Source: a virus. From it: DNA of 64,000 nt. Below the pieces are notes generated by a model. That model saw nothing but the letters and a program-made list of their open reading frames with translations. It had not been told where the DNA came from and made no database searches. Numbering within the stretch: position 1 is the stretch's first letter; every line of letters starts with the position of its first letter. Positions 60,421 to 64,000 of the stretch are shown in pieces. Location: the IMG/VR virus record IMGVR_UViG_3300050343_000185; one strand, written 5' to 3'. The translations under genes were made by a program, and so were the position numbers.

Positions 60421-60990
60421 TTAACGAAGTGGTGGACCAGTGAACCATCCAACGATGCTTTTTCTGATACCATGTGTCACTGGAGTTACCTGATGTAAAA
60501 TGTGACTAGAAAAAACTATCAATGTGCCACGTTTTTTAGGCACAGAGAAAATATGATATGGATCTTCTGAGTCTGGTGTTTGTGGTGTTGCTATTTGTAG
60601 TACACCACCCTCGTAATCATCATTTAAAACTAATGAAAACGAGAGTTTTCGGACAGAAGATCTACGAACAATCTTCTTAGTATCAATAGCATCAACATGC
60701 CATTTATAGTAATCATTTACATTGTAATGTGCATATTGGAATTGGTTGTTATCAAATTGACAAATGTCGTAATTATACATCTCTAGGTTGACATCCATTA
60801 CGTTGTCGTAACAAAGTTCTCCAATGTAATGAGATGAATCAATAAACTTAACTTTAGTAGATCTCCAATTAGAATTTTGATTAAAAGTTAATGCTTGCTT
60901 CCAGTCACCTATCAGGTCCAACTCAGCAATCATCTCATTTAATATTAGATCGTCAATTCTAAGTTGGCGCACAGAAAAAGTGTCTATCAT
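60421..60990 (-). CDS. 2OG-Fe(II) oxygenase (PKHD-like)
   Basis: YKWHVD...RKLSFSLVLNDDYEGGVL...HQVTPVTHGIRKSIVGW. Confidence 0.9.
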   Translation of the reverse strand: MIDTFSVRQLRIDDLILNEMIAELDLIGDWKQALTFNQNSNWRSTKVKFIDSSHYIGELCYDNVMDVNLEMYNYDICQFDNNQFQYAHYNVNDYYKWHVDAIDTKKIVRRSSVRKLSFSLVLNDDYEGGVLQIATPQTPDSEDPYHIFSVPKKRGTLIVFSSHILHQVTPVTHGIRKSIVGWFTGPPLR

Positions 60991-61145
60991 TGATCACTAA
61001 AGATAGGGATGATGTTAGTTTTAGCGTGTTCTGTTTTGTTAATGTGTTGTTCCCACATGCTAGCATCATCTAAGTTATAGAAGATCGCTTGCTGTTTCGC
61101 TTGCCCCTTCTTCTTGTTCTTCATCCACACAACTGCGTACTTCAT
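60987..61145 (-). CDS. Hypothetical protein (52 aa)
   Basis: MKYAVVWMKNKKKGQAKQQAIFYNLDDA..WEQHI. Confidence 0.55.
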   Translation of the reverse strand: MKYAVVWMKNKKKGQAKQQAIFYNLDDASMWEQHINKTEHAKTNIIPIFSDQ

Positions 61146-61308
61146 CCCAATACTCTCGAAAAACACATAAAGTTGACTGATAACGACCATGACGACATGA
61201 TGGGTCAGGTCGATCGACATAACAAATAGTGATATACCTATCACTGATAAAGTCTACCCACCCTGTGGTGGCGTGATACTGAACCTTCATACCACGAGTA
61301 AATTTCAC
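61075..61308 (-). CDS. Hypothetical protein (77 aa)
   Basis: MKFTRGMKVQY...GWVDFISDRYITIC; ATGA overlap with the upstream gene. Confidence 0.6.
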   Translation of the reverse strand: MKFTRGMKVQYHATTGWVDFISDRYITICYVDRPDPSCRHGRYQSTLCVFREYWDEVRSCVDEEQEEGASETASDLL

Positions 61309-61505
61309 TCGTCAACCTCTTCAAATGGTTGACGATTTTGATTCTCTACTTTAGGAAGACGGAACATCTCTTTCAAGTCATTCAACTGATTTAATTGACG
61401 TTGGAGATTGTCAATCTGTGCTTGTAAAATCTGAAAGTTAGAATCATTGTTATTCTGCATCATCAACATGTTGTTGATTGCTTGTTTAAAGTCTTCTTCA
61501 GTCAT
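61305..61505 (-). CDS. Hypothetical coiled-coil protein (66 aa)
   Basis: QNNNDSNFQILQAQIDNLQRQLNQL. Confidence 0.7.
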   Translation of the reverse strand: MTEEDFKQAINNMLMMQNNNDSNFQILQAQIDNLQRQLNQLNDLKEMFRLPKVENQNRQPFEEVDE

Positions 61506-61753
61506 TAGTAGCGTTCAGGAATACGGTGGTCTAGGTTAAGAGCAGTGTTGCCGGTCATAAGATCTCGAAGAGACATAGCACGACAGTATGCTGTCTTGTG
61601 ATATTCTATCACATCATCGACGCCAGATAGCATCTCTTCATACGTTTGTCGTGCTGATACTTTATCATCGTTGAGGTAATCATCGATCGCATCTTGCATA
61701 CGATCTTTACGCTGTTTTGAATACTCATTTTTCCAGTTGATTTCAGTTTTCAT
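61505..61753 (-). CDS. Hypothetical protein (82 aa)
   Basis: Likely start MKTEINW overlapping the upstream stop. Confidence 0.65.
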   Translation of the reverse strand: MKTEINWKNEYSKQRKDRMQDAIDDYLNDDKVSARQTYEEMLSGVDDVIEYHKTAYCRAMSLRDLMTGNTALNLDHRIPERY

Positions 61754-61940
61754 TAAAGTCTTCATTACGACGTTTGTCAAGGTATTCAATGATCTCACTA
61801 CGCCATTCTAACAACTCATGATAGCATTGCTGATCATGTGCGTCCTGACGTAGCTGATAGTCTGGTTTGAGAACGCTCTCATAGAAGATATAGAACGCAT
61901 CTTTACGTTTCTCGTGTTTTGTGGTACTATTCCAATCCAT
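61743..61940 (-). CDS. Conserved cyanophage hypothetical protein
   Basis: KHEKRKDAFYIFYESVLKPDYQLRQDAHDQQCYHELLEWRSE. Confidence 0.75.
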   Translation of the reverse strand: MDWNSTTKHEKRKDAFYIFYESVLKPDYQLRQDAHDQQCYHELLEWRSEIIEYLDKRRNEDFNEN

Positions 61941-61977
61941 GGGGTTCGACGGACGCTCTGCTACCATAGCACAGGTG

Positions 61978-62845
61978 TCAACCTACTGTCAAGTCCTCAA
62001 ATTGTCTCAAACGGCATTGGTGGACATAAAGATCTTTAATATTTCCGTTAACATCAATAATATACTCCAATTCAAATGTGGATTGACCAACGCAAATTGA
62101 TCTGATATAGTCTTTCTGTTCATTAGTAATAAGTTCCAGTCCACCCTCACGAGAGAGCAGATCAAGAATACCATCAGCAATATTTGTATTCTTAACAGTC
62201 TTGTTTAAAAACAATTCATCATCATTATCAAAAATCTCTGGATAACTGAATGCTAAATGTAATTTAATATCTGTACTATCTGTCAATAGAGATACAACTC
62301 CTTTACAAATATCATATCTTTTGGTAAGAAGACGATACAATTCTGTTAGGAAAGAATTCTCCGGTACATCAAAGTTGTAATGACCATCCCAGACAGAAAC
62401 TTGAGTAACGACGCCATATGAGTTATATGACATACCCATTATTTACTTCTTCCATCGCATCATGATTGTTAGTAATGCTTCTAATCTTAGTTCTAAAATC
62501 TAAGATATTGTCATTACCAATCTCACTAATAAATTTATTCCAAACAATAGGATGTTCAACAGTAGAGAATCGAATTGGATTTTTACAATAATATGACATT
62601 ATATTATTATCTTTATGCTCAATATAAAGATATTTGTCAAAAACGTAGTTGTAGTCTGTTGTGTGTTTTTGTTTGTAATTAAATAATTTATTTAATTTGA
62701 TAATCATATCAGATTCCATGTCCGGAAGATATGCAGAATCAACCAAACATGTAAATCTTCGTGGCATCATCTCGATTGTCGAAACATGCTCTTGTGTGTT
62801 TACATTGTATTTCTCTACAATGTGAAAGTTATCTGAGAACATCAT
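61978..62845 (-). CDS. AT-rich hypothetical protein(s): two track ORFs, possibly one gene broken by an extra A near 62441
   Basis: GTAAATAATG minus one A reads ...EEVIMGMSYN... continuously. Confidence 0.45.
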
Positions 62846-63189
62846 TCGTTTGTCATTACGATTTGACCAATAGAGTTAGCAAGAGAATAGAAAATGTAAT
62901 TTTCTGGTGTAGTAACACTCTCCTGACTATCTGGTAGATTTGACTCCAAGAAATTTAACATATCATCAAAATCATCTACCTCAACAAATACGTGCTCAGA
63001 GTTCGTTAGAAGAGTCCACAGATCAGTAGGAAGAATATCTTTATACAGTTTTTGTGAGGCATTAATAGCATCTACATCAGAACTGGCATTCCAACCAGTC
63101 GATCTGAGATATAATATCGCTTTGCCTTTGAGAACAGCGTAATTCTCAATAAAATTATCAAAGTAGAATGCGTCGTAAGATGAGTTCAT
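62842..63189 (-). CDS. Hypothetical protein (115 aa)
   Basis: ATGA overlaps on both sides. Confidence 0.65.
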   Translation of the reverse strand: MNSSYDAFYFDNFIENYAVLKGKAILYLRSTGWNASSDVDAINASQKLYKDILPTDLWTLLTNSEHVFVEVDDFDDMLNFLESNLPDSQESVTTPENYIFYSLANSIGQIVMTNE

Positions 63190-63701
63190 TTTAGTATTAG
63201 TTTCCAAGCAACAGTTACTCTCAACCCAGTAAATAATCTAGATGTTCCCTCTGCCATGTGTGGTATTTCACCGGGGAAAAGAATAGCAGAATTTGGAATA
63301 GGGTTTTTATATTCCAATTCATTTTGATTGCGGAGAAATATAGTTTTTCCTCCCCACTCTGGTCTCCATGTAGGGTTTACATAGTATACTAGAGTTCTAC
63401 CATTCGATTCATACCAGTCAACGTGAAACTCTCCTTGAGTACCAAACGTGTGACCATTAGCATATACATCATATAGATCATAATCTTGATGGGTTTTTTC
63501 CCTAATGATATTTAGAAGATAATCAGAAAAATATGAATCTTCTAAAAAATCCATACGCCAAAATGGAATACTATCTGGTCTATTATATTTGTCAACATGT
63601 GACCCATGACCAAATCTCCATTTAGATTCTTCTACTTTAGACTGTATCTTCCTAACATCATTAAAAGAAAAAAAATCATTATATTGTATAATATCATTCA
63701 T
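63186..63701 (-). CDS. 2OG-Fe(II) oxygenase
   Basis: FHVD...LVYYVNPTWRPEWGGKT...LFPGEIPHMA...RVTVAW. Confidence 0.88.
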   Translation of the reverse strand: MNDIIQYNDFFSFNDVRKIQSKVEESKWRFGHGSHVDKYNRPDSIPFWRMDFLEDSYFSDYLLNIIREKTHQDYDLYDVYANGHTFGTQGEFHVDWYESNGRTLVYYVNPTWRPEWGGKTIFLRNQNELEYKNPIPNSAILFPGEIPHMAEGTSRLFTGLRVTVAWKLILK

Positions 63702-64000
63702 TGTGTCTGTATCCATCCAATAAAAACATTTCTAGTCCCAAACTTAACTTCATTCACACGATGCAATAGATTTCCTGGATATAACACTGCTTTGCCTTTA
63801 GATAATTTGATATTTCTCCCATTCTCTATCACCAACTCTCCCCCATCATAATCATCATTGAGAAAACAAGTCATACTATAATCTGATCTCACACCACCAC
63901 ATGGATTAGCATCATAATGATCTTCATATTTGTCTCCCACACCATATTTTACAAAATATATTTGCGACATTTCAGATACATGTAAGGGAACTGTACGTAA
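63698..64000 (-). CDS. PKHD-type 2OG-Fe(II) hydroxylase (5' end outside the window)
   Basis: HYD...DYSMTCFLNDDYDGGEL...HRVNEVKFGTRNVFIGW; frame open to base 64000. Confidence 0.85.
   Translation of the reverse strand, partial: LRTVPLHVSEMSQIYFVKYGVGDKYEDHYDANPCGGVRSDYSMTCFLNDDYDGGELVIENGRNIKLSKGKAVLYPGNLLHRVNEVKFGTRNVFIGWIQTQ

Larger units (their letters stand above)
51473..60435 (-). promoter_or_regulatory. Family of ~12 early promoters: 7-8-7 dyad, then 29-31 bp, then a -10 box
   Basis: Dyads at 51509, 51791, 52004, 52846, 53098, 53409, 54032, 57185, 57474, 58750 and 60414 (degenerate copy at 52613), each paired with a TAnnnT hexamer. Confidence 0.8.

Noticed and set aside
51473-60435. 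Reading the dyad repeats as a degenerate CRISPR or mobile repeat
   Set aside because: Spacing between copies is irregular, and each copy sits at a fixed distance from a -10 box and upstream of a gene, as expected of promoter elements.
461-63851. Numerous plus-strand ORFs in the track
   Set aside because: They are antisense shadows of long minus-strand genes, with no recognisable motifs or expression signals.
1-64000. tRNA, rRNA, CRISPR array, transposon or DGR
   Set aside because: By eye I found no cloverleaf, no regular direct repeat-spacer array, no transposase or reverse transcriptase ORF, and no template/variable repeat pair. A tRNAscan/Infernal run would be needed to exclude small RNAs.

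Overview
A 64 kb fragment of a large T4-like cyanomyovirus genome (Kyanoviridae-type, probably a Synechococcus/Prochlorococcus phage; inferred from gene content, and no photosynthesis marker lies in the window). Essentially every real gene is on the minus strand. In transcription order (64000 to 1) the window holds: (i) small AT-rich ORFs with three 2OG-Fe(II) oxygenases; (ii) a candidate restriction endonuclease plus beta-class DNA methyltransferase behind a perfect sigma70 promoter; (iii) an early/host-takeover region (about 51.1-58.9 kb) of short ORFs driven by about 12 promoters sharing a 7-8-7 dyad 29-31 bp upstream of the -10 box; (iv) the late baseplate/tail module (PAAR, gp25, gp6, a 3.5k-aa gp7, gp8, VrlC, 1834-aa and 3027-aa fibre-like proteins, a Gly-rich adhesin and chaperone); (v) a late operon with a Kelch-like protein, three unknown ORFs, a U32-family/SAM-methyltransferase fusion and six tandem 2OG-Fe(II) oxygenases; and (vi) the start of gp13. 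More than a dozen single-base frameshifts hit essential and accessory genes alike, so the sequence probably carries sequencing indels. Most striking observation: repeated phycobiliprotein-like segments, including KCARD at the position of the bilin-binding Cys, inside gp7 and the giant fibre, plus a cupredoxin-like domain with an intact type-1 copper ligand set in another fibre protein. All homology calls are by eye and from memory; no searches were run.
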